Positions 25,833 through 38,849 are shown, numbered from the stretch's first letter. The stretch is DNA of 64,000 bases from Botryllus schlosseri (GCA_051294905.1 CM119371.1:23438001-23502000), one strand, 5' to 3'. Notes: generated by a model not told the origin, from the sequence alone. A program made the numbers and translations.

Positions 25833-27226
25833 CAGGGGTTCTCAACTCGCGGACCGCGGGCCGCATGCGTCCCACAGACGTTTGTTTATGTTGCGGCCCG
25901 CGACATCTTTCATTATGATCGCAATTATTAATGACAAGGTTAATATTAATTTAGCTACTTAGCTCTCTTATCGCATCGTCTCTGTTTCGCTTGATTACTC
26001 ATTTAGACGTGGTCTGATTTCATGATATATGCTCGAGTTAAGGTTGTTATTGTTTTGAATCTGTATTCGGCTGGACTCTAGTTCAAGTTAATCCCACTAC
26101 GTAGTAATTTTTTAAAGAGTGTTTCACTCGCCGCAAATGGTTTGAACGGTAACAAGAACAAGGAATGGGAAATTAAACGGCGAAAACTGGGTTTGTAACT
26201 CTGCGTGGAACAATCAATTTGATTTTGCAGATATAAATGGAAAACCGATGTGTCATATTTGTCGAAGAGCAGTTGTTGTAACGAAGCGTAGAAGCTTAAA
26301 ATGATACGACACTTTCGTCTGGAGTTATACATGTCGCCTGGTATTAGAAATTAACGTTGCCAGCTAGGTGTCAAGCCCAGCAATCCATATTTCAAGGCAT
26401 TGTTGAAATTGCCGATTACGTTACAGACGAATCGTTCAAAATTGCTGGGAATATCGCTAAGCTCAAGAATACTACTAGAGAATGTGTGATTTCAATAGAA
26501 CTATGCGAGTATTTGCTATTTCCGGAACTTAACAGCAAGAAAAACATCACCTGGCATACTTCGAAGCTACAGTTGTCTGATTCAACCGTGAATAAAAGAG
26601 TAACAGCAATATCAGTCGATCTTTTATCGCATTTTCTGAAACACGTTGCCGCGTAGACTACCGCAGCCTGGCAATGGACGAATTCACCGTCTACACATAC
26701 ATTACATAGCTGATTATCTGGGTGCATTTTATCAGAGTGGACAATCTGGACATATTTGTCGAGGAAATGCTGGCTGGGCAAACGAGGGAGGGGGATCAGC
26801 GAAAAACATCAACTTGACAAAGCTGACGTCTGTAACTAATGGTGCAGGGCCCCCGCTATGGAAATAAAGGAGAAGGGTTGATTGGTTTGCTCAGAAATGG
26901 CCCCGAACGCCAGACTTCTTCTGATATCACTGAGAGCTCAATGTGATAATGGCCTCTGTAACGAAAAAGTTACCGTAACTTTATACTTACTTGCTCGCTC
27001 ACGCATGCTCGCTTACGCATTGAACCAGAGAGTTCGGTTCTCTGGTGGTAGAGTTTAAAGGCTGGTGCATATACCGGCCCATATAGGCCTACGACTGCTG
27101 AATAGGCCTCACAGTAGCTGAAATTTAACAGTAGCCCACAAATACATGGTAATAATGTTCTGCGGCCCGCCGCCTCTTTTGCTGTTAAAATATGGCCCGT
27201 TATACAAGGGAAATTGAGAACCCCTG
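25833..27226 (+). mobile_element. hAT-Charlie derivative (same family as 5816-7560)
   Basis: TIR CAGGGGTTCTCAA; TSD CCGTGCGG/CCGTACGG; remnant KLQLSDSTVNKRVTAISVDL. Confidence 0.85.
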
Positions 27227-27688
27227 CCGTACGGTCATTTGCGCAAGTTTTTGAGCGAATCAATTTCGGAATATGTTGCGTTATCCGTTAAAACAATCGT
27301 TGTGATGTACGTCCCACATACCTACTATCACAAATTGATTCGCTCAAAAACTTGCGTAAATGACCGTACGGAGTTCGCACGACAATGCAAATTAGCCGCA
27401 AAATCCGACTGTTATGACGATTACCAAGCATACGCTTCGGCAATTGGCCAACATTTAAGTGAGAACCCTTCTTGTGCTCAAAACTATAATGACCAAATGT
27501 TTACTGTCATTGCGCGAGGCAGATCTTGTTTCATTTGAAAGCCTTAGAATCAACAATTCAACAATCATCCAATTGACCAAGCCCATTTTATGTAGACAAA
27601 AATACTTTCTGTATAACTTACAAATTTCCCATTAGTGCGTTCTAATTCGTGTTTGTTATTGTTTAGTTTCAAATTGCTATGTTACTAT

Positions 27689-30600
27689 TGGGCTCGAAAG
27701 TCACGTGACTTTTCATCATAGCAACCACCGTCTGGGGCCAAGCGCCTTTCTGGTGTATCTTCTCTGCGTCAGTAATCCATTTGTACGTCGCAATTTCTGC
27801 TACTACTGTGTTTGTGTTACGAAAGTGGCTGAAACAGGATTGTATATATTTTCGTGCAGATAGATGTCAATGTATAGTATTCAATTAATATGATTGAGTA
27901 GGGCAGTTTAGGGTAGCATACGTCAAACAAGTAATTCCATGGTTTAGTATTTTCAACTGGGCCTACTAACTATTCATCGTTTGGCTGCAGCATTATTATG
28001 CTTCAAGTGTATACTTATCGACACGGAGACAGTGATCAGTCAACATCGGAGATTAGTAATATTGTAACATTACCGTACCGTGTTAAATTTGATTTCAGAT
28101 GGATTTGGTTAAGCTATTTTTACGATTTGCGAGTTCTTCAAAATTATCCGAATTTGGTCAGAAGAAGTCCAAATGATTTAGACAACGACCATCCAATATC
28201 AGCAATGTATGGTAGAGATGGCAGAGAATTGGGACATATTCAGTTCAGCCATGAGTGGACAGTTTATGATGTAGAGGTTGGAAACTGCAAAATTACCTGA
28301 AAGATTGAGGAAGCGTTAGAAATGAGTTCGAATCCCACTTGACTCAAGTGGGTCAGAGTATTTTCTCGACTGCCCATTGCTTACCAAACTACATGAGCAT
28401 CGTCATGTAATCAAGCCCAGATGGCTAAGTAAAGCCGATGAGGCTCGAAAATCGGCATCACTGACGAGGACGTATGGAAGCAAGCAAGAGAAAAAAGATG
28501 GTGGACAAATGACAGGAATTCATCAGAAAAAGCTTATCAAAAAGCAAAGAGACCCGTGAACTTTAACGCATTCATGTTGTGGTACGAACAGAAGACGACC
28601 CAAAATTGTGTGTGTGGTGCAATAAAACAAACGAACTGAAAAGCTTGTAAAGAGATTTTTAATTTCTGGCTAAATACTTGAGAAATGCTGCATGCTAGTA
28701 TAAGAATGAGTTTCTTACAGAAGTATTCAGTAACGTAGTATTTCGACCTTTTCAGAGTACTAGGCCTATGTAATATTGCATACTTGCTAGAGCAGCGGTT
28801 CTCAACCGGGTAACCGGGTGACATGTTTGCAGCACTGTTGTGATGTGTGTATTGATAGATATCAAGTGTCCCTATTCTACCAAATCAAGATCATTAATAG
28901 ACTTGAGCGTTTAGGAGAAAATCTTCATTTTGAAATGAGTTGGTGATATTATAGTACTTGCCCAGAATCACAATAAGTACTTTGACCAGTGCGGGGCAGC
29001 TTACGCATTGTATACTTAAAACTTATGCCATTTATTCGATTTGGACCCCAGCAGAAGCGATGGTTCAGATGATACCGTAAGATTCTGAATAGAAGGACTA
29101 CCTAATTCTGATATAATAATATTTCCACAACAATACTTTCTTGAACTTGCATACTCTAGCTTGATTTTACAAAATTCTAAGAGAGCTCACGAAATAAATA
29201 ACTTGCCAATAAATTTGACAAATTCACAACTTGAGAATGTATTTCCTTTGTACCGAGAATGAAACAGATAGAATGTAGGTATTGGTCACAGATTAGGTAT
29301 TCCTGATTTATGTTGCCGACTTGCCATAAACGGATGCATTGACTCCTACAATGCTACTGTGGTGGTAGTCTTAAACTGACGACAAACTTGAACACACAGA
29401 GTTGGCTTGAAAATGGGCAGGCATAAGCAACACAATTGAGAGGACTGTGTTGGTAGCAGCAGCAGTTATATCGAAATTCATGCGAACGAGAATAACAGCA
29501 AGCAGTGTAACTGTAAGTAATCCATGGCAACCTGTAGTTATTGCGTTGCTGCATCGCGGCGACGTCAGTATCTTCCATTGACAAGCAAAGATCCTGAACG
29601 GCGTCTGTGTAATTTAGGGTGCTCTGGCTCGTGCACTGATACAGGTGTTGTTGGGTTCGTATGGTTACGAGGCTGGTCCCACATAAATGACCTACTGGTG
29701 GCGTTGATGCACCGTATGTCGACAACAATGTCAGTTCCTTCCCAGCGTTTTGGGTGGATTTCTACCAAGTTCAGGAAGTACGTGTAGTGCCGACTTTTAA
29801 GGCCGGTAGCGTCTTGAAGTGTTCGCTCCACCTCCCTACGGTGACGTCATTCCATAGACAGTTGAGCTGCAGTATCTCACGGTTCAGGGGGTAAATAGCG
29901 CGCGTGTGCTTCTTGTTCTTGCGATAAAGGATATGGTATCTTCTGGAGAGCAGTTTGTGGCAGAGTTACCAATTGCATCATACAAGATGCCCCGGATAAG
30001 GTTTACGTATAGCATACAGTGCAACTTCACTAGCACAGCAATTAGGTACAGATTAGTGAGGCTAACATCAATGTTTGCATTGATTTGTTAAACATCTTAA
30101 TGTATCTATAAAGAGAAAAAATGATTATGAATTACCCTATGATTTTTGTTCAAGAAATTTGTGTAGATTTTGTATAGAGCAATGCAAAAGCTACTGAAGG
30201 TGGAAAATTTTAAATTTGGCTCAACTAGCCAAATTTGCTATGTATTTTTTTGGAGAACTTGACAATTCCATGGCGTAGCCAGTAACATTTAATAAAACTA
30301 TTTCATTTTTTCAATAAATTCAATTTTTTTTTAAATCTGATAGCTTCATTTCTGCATGTTGGAATTGAGCCAAATCTAGTGTGCAACGTTTTTCAAGCCA
30401 ACCTAACAATTTTGCTCATGAGCCAGTGAAATTTGGAAAAAAAGTTATTTTTCAATAAGATCGATGTAGAAACTTGACCAAAATTTAGAAAAAAAACATT
30501 GGCAACAGTGCCAGTATTAAATTTTACGAAGTTGTGTCATGAGTAACAGCAAGACCTGGTCTCCCATTAAAAGAATATTTACATTTCATTCAGAATGATA

Positions 30601-31372
30601 CCAAATTGTAAATCGCTGCATCATCACAAAAACCAAGTCAAAAGTACGATACTCTTGCCCTTGTCCGGCAATAGCAGTCTTCTCAGCACTATCCTTGAAA
30701 CAATCAATTACTTGCTTCTGATTGGCATCGTTAAACTTAAATTTGGCTGACCGAAATTCTTGATTATATTTTTCGATAATGGCGCACATATCTTAATAGG
30801 TAACCAATGCCTGCAGTTGATGCATCTATTCTTAGGCCACTTTCACTATATAAACACAATTAAAAAAATTTAATAATTGTGGCTTATCTTAAATCATATG
30901 CTATTGAAGCTGACTCGATTACGCTGTCTTGGGGTACACAAGATACCGGTATGACATTTGATACCACCACACAAACAATTCAACATAGTTCAAATGTAAA
31001 TTATATTTATCATTCCCACTAGCTTTATTAATTTCAGTTACTTTCCTGTCGTTTTCTGGCAATTCAGAAGTCGATGGAAAGACTACGCCGAATTGTTTTC
31101 TCATCCATTATAACAAACTGGCACGTTATACCCTGGCATTTTGCGCGGCTGCAAAACAACATAAACCTACCTAGTTAGTATCTAAAAGTCCTGAAACTAG
31201 TTTAAAAGCCAACGAAGATAACATAAAACCCAGAACTGTACTTCAAACAACCTCACTAAGACAGAAAATACTAATTGAAAACCGACAAATATCGCAAATT
31301 ACCACGGGCCACGGCTATCTAGGATAGTTGTTTGGCCCCAGCGAACCACAAATCACGTGACTTTCGAGCCCA
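27689..31372. mobile_element. TIR DNA transposon with 2-bp AT TSD (ISL2EU-like), internally decayed
   Basis: TIR TGGGCTCGAAAGTCACGTGA at both ends; empty site GTTACTATAGTACC visible in the other palindrome arm; THAP-like remnant on the minus strand near 31139. Confidence 0.7.
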
Positions 31373-31500
31373 ATAGTACCATACACTTCAAAGTTTGTTA
31401 TTGTTGCCATTGTTACATTGCGGACTTCATAGTATGTAATTTCTGATCGTTGCGTCAAACTTCGCCTTTCTGGTTTTGCTTTTCATTCTGTTTAAATCCC

Positions 31501-31835
31501 GACAAGATAGCGTAATGGTTAAGCGTCCGGCTTCTTGATCGGTAGGTCGTGGGTTCGATTCCCGACCGGGTCAGACCAAAGACCTGATTAGTAACACCGG
31601 TATCCATGGCTTCCCTGCTTGGCGCTCATGCATTACTGGGATAGCATGGAGGGGTGGTGCATGACTTAGAAAGCCGTAAAGGCTATATCTGCACTTACTT
31701 GTCCAGCGGCATATGCTCATCATGCACTCATGGTATGCATATGCGCAGATCGTGTGTATGTGTATCATGAGTCGGTGTATATGCCACAAAAACATCAAGG
31801 ACAAAAATAAACTACGTCCTTTCCTTTCCTTTCCT
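31501..31835 (+). mobile_element. tRNA-derived SINE
   Basis: A box TAGCGTAATGG, B box GGTTCGATTCC, unique body, (TTTCC)n tail; absent from the opposite palindrome arm. Confidence 0.8.
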
Positions 31836-32990
31836 GCAGTGTGCCGTTAACCCGAAAAGTCTTCGAGTTGAATAAATATTTTACTGCAATGGATGTTGTA
31901 TTGAAAGCTATCTTCAAGTTCTGTACCACGAACCAACTGTTTAAATAATTAAATAACTCACTTCCGGTACTTCTATACGTATTGAACTATGCCTATATAT
32001 TTCTCTACAATTAAAAGATAAACTTTGTGTCATAACGAAGAACCAGTGTATTTGGGTATGTTTTGCAAACTAATTATTCGACTTTCTGGCTAAGCTATGG
32101 TAACATACTCTAAGCATTCATTCAATGCTTGCCTTAAATTCTTGGCACTTGCGGCGCAAAGTCACTAGGGTTCCATTATAATTTCGCGTACGAGTTGTTG
32201 GTATTACTGTGTCATGTGATAAGACACTCCGTTCGATCAATAACTGTTCCTACGCTAAATTTTAACGACTCCACCACCACAGCAGCTCCACCGATAACGC
32301 TGATAACGCGGGTGACAGATGATATATAATCTCAACAGTAATATATGCAACTACCATTACTTTTGTCAAATATACAACATTTTCCTTTGAAGTAATTTCC
32401 GGATCGCGCGGCTAAGAAATCGGTGGTGACTCATCTGAAAAATAGTGTTGTGATATGCGCGTATGCTGGCACTTTTTGTACGCTCATCGAATCGACTTTG
32501 ATCTGTGATATTGCTACAGCAGTAGGTCATTTTGCTGCAATCGAGTTCGCCTTGTAACCTCGTTTTCAATTATATATATATTTAAATACATCTGTTTATG
32601 GCGCGATAGAACAGGGTGATGGGGTGCATGCGTTCATCACAACAGCTTTTTGGGATCCCTAAATGCAGAAATATTTTTAAATAACCGTGTGTACATTAGA
32701 GAATCAGAATTTCGTTAAGCACAGGAATTTCCCTGCTATTTCCAGCTACGAATTAGGCAGATAGAGGCGCAAATATACTAAGACACGTGATTGACAATTT
32801 CCTATTCGACTGAATTCCTGAATCTGATAAGTTAATCGTTAATGTAAATCGTAATCGCATTGACATCGCTACGTGTATTGGTAATTCCTGTTTCGAAACC
32901 TTTCTTAAACGAAATGGTAAATAAACCATAATCCACTTTAGAGTATAGTTGCAAAGCAATCGGTAATGGAAAAGACTGCATATTTTGTAG

Positions 32991-33158
32991 CTCTCAACTC
33001 TGTTTATAATCGATGCCCAAATGCCTGCTGAAAGTTTTCGTGAAATCGCAATCACACTCAAGACCACTTGCTGCAAAGAGATATATTTCGAAAACTGCGA
33101 ATTGACGAGTCGGAAGCTTTTTGAATTCTACACTGGATGTAAAGACAACGATCTATCT
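32991..33158 (+). CDS. NLR gene: 168-nt LRR exon B2
   Basis: TTTTGTAG/GTAAGT sites; LSTLFIIDAQM...IYFENCELT. Confidence 0.85.
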
Positions 33159-33581
33159 GTAAGTTTATTTAGTGTACAAAAAACGCATAGTGCTTGTATC
33201 ATGAGTGCCCGCTAATTTTTCGTTAGGTTTCTACTTCCTACCCGCAGATCACGCAATAATACTAATCCCAGAATAAATTGTTTTTGACGAGGGATATTGA
33301 CAGTAGCCTACTTATTCCGGGGATTGGCAGATCTAAGTGACTTCTGTGCTGGAAAAGCAGTCACAAATCCATCAAAATAATGAGCACACACACAAAATTG
33401 ACAGAATGAATTACTGAGCGACTGGTGGACTCTAGTAATGCTTTTAATCACTGCAACCAAAGCCCGCATGTGGGGAACAGTTAATAAATGCAATTGACTT
33501 CATTGCAGCGCACTGATAAGAATTGCGATGATAGTTAGGGGTAGCACAGTAAATGAGACAAGTCAGTGAAAATGAAATTAG

Positions 33582-35808
33582 TAGGGGTGGTGTGAACCTA
33601 TAAAAGGTTCAGGTTCGTGTGAACGCGAACCTTTTTGAAAGGTTCTGTGTGAACGCGAACGCGAACCTCATAACGTAACGTGATGGTATATTGCTAATTC
33701 CAACCCTACATTTCAGTGAAGTAGTAGCCTATATTAATGTACACAATACCTAGTGACGACTCTGGCCTAATGTATCAACTGGGGCAATAAAATGATATAA
33801 TAATTCTATAAAATCAATATTTTCCGTCGCTTTGCCAACAATTACGATGACGATATGCAAGAGAATGTTAGCTTACGTTTTAACGGTCTAGGCCTGTCTG
33901 GGTATTTCTACTGTTGTGTTCTTGATCTTGTTTGAACAATAACTCAATGCGACGAGGTTGCAATAAGAAATAAGTATATTATCAGCAGTATAACTTTACG
34001 GCAGCGACACGATCCAGAGTGCAGTTAAATGAAAGACCCAGAGAACAGAACACAAAGGGTATAAATACAAGCGCGACACACGAGGAAATAATGATTGGCG
34101 GTAATTACTAGTCATATAGAAATTAGGAGTTGAACAACACTGAACGTAAATGCACGAACATAACAGTCCTCCCCTGTAAGTTAAAGGGTTGCCTGCATTT
34201 ACGTAGGTTTATAGAAATCGGTGGGTTTCCTATTCCTAAGAGGATATCGTCTGCCCGACGTACGGGCAGGACTAGCTGCAGGACCTTGTGCCCGGTTCCT
34301 AACCAATGGTTGCTCAGCTTGTGACTGTTGAGGCTGAGCAATTCCCTGCGTGGCTGTATTATTGCCAGCTGAAATCAAGCGTGGTTGGAGTTGGTTCTTG
34401 TTCCTTCTCCAATACCCATGATCTGTTTTTATAATGTACACAACACGCCCCCGTATTTTCGTCACCACGTCAGCAACCCACTTTGGTCCGCGTCGGTAAC
34501 TGCGAGCGTAAACAGAGGAACCAATCTCGAAATGAGTGCGGATTGTCTAGGCGTAACGGGTTTCGATTTATCGAAGGGCAAGCACAAACTTAACAAATTA
34601 AGCGGCTGCCGACCATGTAAAATCTCAGCAGGCGTTTTCCAGTCTATGCCCGGGTGCGGTGCACATCGGTAAGTAGCGAGAAGTGTTTGGAGCACGAAGT
34701 TGAGATCTTTCCACCCGTCGCAATTTTTTATCAGTCCAGCTTTCAAAGCCTGGACGAATCGCTCTGCTTCCCCGTTCGAGGCAGAGTGAAAAGACGGTGA
34801 TACGATATGGCTGATCGCCAAATTAGAACAAAACGTATCGAATTCATCCGATGTGAATTGCGGCCCGCCATCCATGACAAATGTTATGGGCAAGCCTTCG
34901 ATAGAGAAGACTTCCCTCAAAGCGTTGACCACACACAAGGTTGTGGTAGAACCGACATTCATTACTTTAACGAAAGGATATTTCGAATGCGCATCGACGA
35001 TGACAAGAAACATCTTATTTTTTATTGGACCTGCGAAATCCAAGTGAATCCGTTCAAAGCTTTCAGACGCTTTAGGCCATTCGCGATACTGACGATCAGG
35101 CGCTTTCATTACCTTACGGCAAGCGTCGAGATTTTCAATGTCGCGATTAATGGAAGGCCATGCGATGTAACGTCGAGCCATCTGCTTTATTTTCACGATA
35201 CCCCAATATCCTTCCTGCAACAATGATAAGACTCGCGAGCGAAGTGACCGCGGAATTACTACGCGCTGAAAACCATCAATATTGAGCATGACTATGTCTT
35301 CGTGCAGAGAAAGCGAATGTTTGCGAGTCGAAAACTAAGAAAAATCATCAATGTGCGTATTTGGATTCCAATTACCATGAGTGACAGATAATTTTACTAG
35401 TTTCATGGTTTTGTTGAATAAGCAACATTCGCTGACGACAGTCTATTTTGCACTTGATATTCTGTGATATACGATCAAGCTCACAGTAAAGAGTAACTAC
35501 CTATTCACTAACGGAAAGCTGAATATTTTGAGCAATTGTAACAAAGCAAGTAATATTTTGAGATTGGCAAGGTGCATGCTCGTTTAGTATAGATTCTTGT
35601 ATGCTGCCAGCGCCGAATACGTAGAATGGCCCGGAGTTGAAATGCAATAAATTTCAACCAAAGATGTTTTAATGTAGTGAAATCTGTGATATATGAAAAT
35701 GTTTGATGGGGTAGAACCTACCAGGGTGCGATTGTGAATGTGAACCTCTAAATTTTTAACGTTCACACACAGAACGCGAACGTGGACCTCACGTTCACTC
35801 AATCCCTA
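33582..35808. mobile_element. hAT-type element with TAGGG termini hosting the Gypsy remnant; related end at about 2540-2762
   Basis: TAGGGGTGGTGTGAAC...GTTCACTCAATCCCTA; TSD GAAATTAG/GAAATTAA; interrupts the duplicated intron sequence. Confidence 0.7.
33912..35420 (-). mobile_element. Truncated Ty3/Gypsy LTR retrotransposon: integrase remnant, PPT and 3' LTR (33912-34165)
   Basis: ORF 34462-35289 with RIHLDFAGP, GPQFTS, SNGEAERFV and a degenerate HHCC region; PPT AGGGGAGGAC next to a TG...CA LTR. Confidence 0.9.
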
Positions 35809-36144
35809 GAAATTAATATTAATATTAATATCAAGTGATATGCAAATCCGTTCTGAAAATTCCACCACTGACAATACAGCTTGTAGACTACGTTGTTGGA
35901 TTTCAAAGATTATAATGCTAAACAATCATAATTTCATTGAAGAAGTTGATAAGGGCACGAACTGTGTGGTGTGAGAAGAATAAATGAGCAATTTCGTAGA
36001 CATGACGCTTATTACTTGTCATCATTTTCTCGACATTTTTGACACTGGAATGGACATATAATCAATGTTGGAATCATTTTGTGCTATCTAAGTAGGTAGC
36101 TCTGCACAAAAAAACATCTACTGTTCTCAAACTTGATTCAGATA

Positions 36145-38349
36145 GCGCGATTCTTATCATTCTTTGACCTAGTTCGATTTTGCCGATATCTCGCATCAAT
36201 TGACGTGATCAAAGGGGATATTAATTTATCTAAAAACGAACGAAATTTGAATCGGCTAGTCATTGACCGCTTCGGAAGTGTCGCTTGTCCCGATGAGAAG
36301 AATATCATCAACTTATCGGACTACGCACTGTCCTCGACCGAAAAGTTTGCTCTATCGCATGGGTTAAATTTCTGTATTCCACCAATTAATGTCAAGAGTG
36401 AGGAGGTTTTCGCCGAATTTGAGATTCTATTAGCTCAATTGAAGCACCGTGAAGCAAAATCAATCGATGAAGTGCCAGCTCTCAAAGCAAGACTTACGGA
36501 TTTGGCACATTCGTATTGTGGATGTCCAGTTGACAAAGCGGATTTCTTGATGACAAAGGAATGCTTCCGTGCCATAAAATCTCTGCGAAGCAACCCCGAT
36601 ATTCACATAACGAAAGCAGATAAAGGTGCCGGCGTGGTAATTTTAAACAAGAAAGATTACATTGCAAAGATGATGACTATTCTCGAGTATAAATCCAAAT
36701 TCGTTGTACTTGGCCCGGTCTCGGAATACGACAATACTGCAAAGTCTGAAAGACGACTACAACGACGCCTTCGAATCTTGAAAAACGATGACGTAATATC
36801 CACTGAAGAATATGACTACATGAGGCCTGTTGGCTCCCAAAGACCGCGTATGTATGGATTACCAAAGACGCATAAAAACGATTTGCCACTCAGACCGATA
36901 CTCAGCATGACTTGGTCAATGCAACAGAAGTTGGCGAAGTGGTTGATCAACATACTGGAACCTGTTCGCGAACTTTACGGGTCGCATTGCGTACGCAATT
37001 CTTTTACCTTCGCTGATGAGATGCGTCGCTCACAGCTATCCGCGCGCGATAATTTCCTAGGCTCATTCGACATAAAGAGCCTTTTCACCAACGTACCACT
37101 AAATGAGACGTTGAATATTTGCGCTGATGCTCTATATAACGGTAAGCTAATACCCCCTCCTTTCTCGAGAGCTACCTTCATTGAATTGATGAGAAACGCT
37201 GTGTGTTCTGTTGAATTTAGTTTCAACAATATCATGTTCCGACAATCTGATGGTGTAGCAATGGGATCACCATTGGGTCCTATTCTAGCCAATATATTTG
37301 TAGGATTTCATGAAGATAAGCTCTTCTCTTCTTGTATTAGACCGCCCTTATCATACCATCGCTATGTCGATGACACGTTCGTGATATTCGATAATGAATC
37401 TGACTGTGATAGTTTCCTGGAAAATTTAAACAAACTACATCCAGCATTGCAATTCACGTCGAAAAAAGAAATTAACAGTCGCCTGGCATTCCTTCACGTT
37501 CTTGTGGAGAAACGGGATGGCAAATTCCTTACCTCCGTTTATAGGAAGCCCACATTTTCGGGTCATTACCTTCGATGGAGCTCTTTCAGCCCAAAAAGTC
37601 GTAAAATCAATTTAATCGGCACCTTGGTTCACCGGGCGTTGATGATTTGTTCCGAGGTCAAATTGAATAATGAACTTGACTATATCCGTAAAATTTTCAT
37701 TGACAACGGATACCCAGAGTATGTTATTAAGCGGACAATAAGTAAAAAGTTCAGTCATTGGAATGATACCATACCAGAAGAAACCCCCGAAGTAATTTCT
37801 CGTGAAAATAGGGATGTGTACATTCATCTTCCTTGGATTGGCCCGGTTTCTTATCGATTTGAGAAACAGATAACTTCAGCAGTCTACCGCTATTATCCAG
37901 CGGTGAAAACCAATGTTGTTTTTAACACGATACCAATGTTTCCTGCAACCCGAAGGGACGTTCTCCCGGCTATAAAACAAAGCAACGTAATTTATGAATT
38001 CAAGTGCCACTGCGATTGTCGGTACGTAGGGAGAACTTCCAAACGGTTGCAGGACCGTATCAAAGAACACATTCCACCGTCTGTCAAATCTTATATCTCA
38101 AATTCGCAGCTTAACAATCCGCTTGTTCTTGAACATAACCAGGCCATGGGTCAAAAATCTTCTATAGGCAAACATTTACTAGAAAATCATACGTGTGCTG
38201 CTAACTATCACGAGGACATGTTCTCTATATTGGCTAAGGGTCGCAATTTATTTCATTTGTCTGTTCTTGAGTCCACCATCATCACTATGAGCAAACCTAG
38301 TCTATGCCAACAGAAAGAATTTGTGTATCATTTGAAAATCGCGCATTAA
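36145..38349 (+). CDS. Penelope reverse transcriptase + GIY-YIG endonuclease (uninterrupted frame, native start missing)
   Basis: YGLPKTHK, PLRPILS, SFDIKSLFTNVP, GVAMGSPLGPILANIF, RYVDDTF; NVIYEFKCHCDCRYVGRT..LQDRIKEH. Confidence 0.9.
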   Translation, partial: ARFLSFFDLVRFCRYLASIDVIKGDINLSKNERNLNRLVIDRFGSVACPDEKNIINLSDYALSSTEKFALSHGLNFCIPPINVKSEEVFAEFEILLAQLKHREAKSIDEVPALKARLTDLAHSYCGCPVDKADFLMTKECFRAIKSLRSNPDIHITKADKGAGVVILNKKDYIAKMMTILEYKSKFVVLGPVSEYDNTAKSERRLQRRLRILKNDDVISTEEYDYMRPVGSQRPRMYGLPKTHKNDLPLRPILSMTWSMQQKLAKWLINILEPVRELYGSHCVRNSFTFADEMRRSQLSARDNFLGSFDIKSLFTNVPLNETLNICADALYNGKLIPPPFSRATFIELMRNAVCSVEFSFNNIMFRQSDGVAMGSPLGPILANIFVGFHEDKLFSSCIRPPLSYHRYVDDTFVIFDNESDCDSFLENLNKLHPALQFTSKKEINSRLAFLHVLVEKRDGKFLTSVYRKPTFSGHYLRWSSFSPKSRKINLIGTLVHRALMICSEVKLNNELDYIRKIFIDNGYPEYVIKRTISKKFSHWNDTIPEETPEVISRENRDVYIHLPWIGPVSYRFEKQITSAVYRYYPAVKTNVVFNTIPMFPATRRDVLPAIKQSNVIYEFKCHCDCRYVGRTSKRLQDRIKEHIPPSVKSYISNSQLNNPLVLEHNQAMGQKSSIGKHLLENHTCAANYHEDMFSILAKGRNLFHLSVLESTIITMSKPSLCQQKEFVYHLKIAH

Positions 38350-38483
38350 CTTGTTTTGCTTCGCTATCTCCATGCCAACGCTTCAGTTCTCTCGTGTTCC
38401 TAACTTTGTACATTTTCTGTGTGACGTCATAATTAGCGATATATATTGTTGCTGAACATAGTTATTCGAATTCTCGCATTATT

Positions 38484-38531
38484 GCTGACGATATTCCCCT
38501 GACGAGGGTCAGCCGAAAAGCTTCGGGAATA
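38484..38531 (+). ncRNA. Minimal type I hammerhead ribozyme with canonical core
   Basis: TATTCCC-CTGACGA-GGGTCAGCC-GAAA-AGCTT-C-GGGAATA; 7-bp stem I, palindromic AAGCTT stem III; predicted cleavage after C38524. Confidence 0.8.
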
Positions 38532-38849
38532 AAATGAATATTTTATTCAAATGTGTCAAATGTTATTGTGAAACAGCCAACTGAAATTATTGACTATTAG
38601 GTATTGTTTGAATCGTGTGTTGTTTCAAACATTCCTCGCACAGCTGAACCTGAGGACGTTTTGCGAATAGCACCATAAGATAAATTACGGTTAACATACG
38701 TCCTCTTCTAAGAAAAACAAGCCCAAAACAAGCAAATTAAAAAATCAAACAAGCCGAAAAACAAGCAACCCGCGACTCCTGAAAATAAACCGCGAATCGC
38801 GAAAACGACAAGCCCAAATTCGCGGGAAAACCGCGAGGTTGGCAACACT

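Larger units (their letters stand above)
25298..31911. repeat. Inverted repeat made of Penelope 3' ends, interrupted by three younger insertions
   Basis: Left arm 25298-25832 plus 27227-27266 is the reverse complement of 27332-27688, 31373-31500 and 31836-31911; encodes GIY-YIG C-terminal remnant SAIGQHLSENPSCAQNY. Confidence 0.8.
36145..38560 (+). mobile_element. 5'-truncated Penelope-like retroelement
   Basis: Host duplicated-intron sequence ends near 36144; RT+GIY-YIG frame, then 3' UTR with hammerhead motif and AATAAA. Confidence 0.9.

Noticed and set aside
31501..31575. Possible tRNA gene
   Set aside because: No convincing cloverleaf or acceptor stem; followed by a SINE body and (TTTCC)n tail, and absent from the paired palindrome arm
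36133..36144. Start codon of the 738-aa ORF
   Set aside because: It is a TTG within host intron sequence; the element is 5'-truncated
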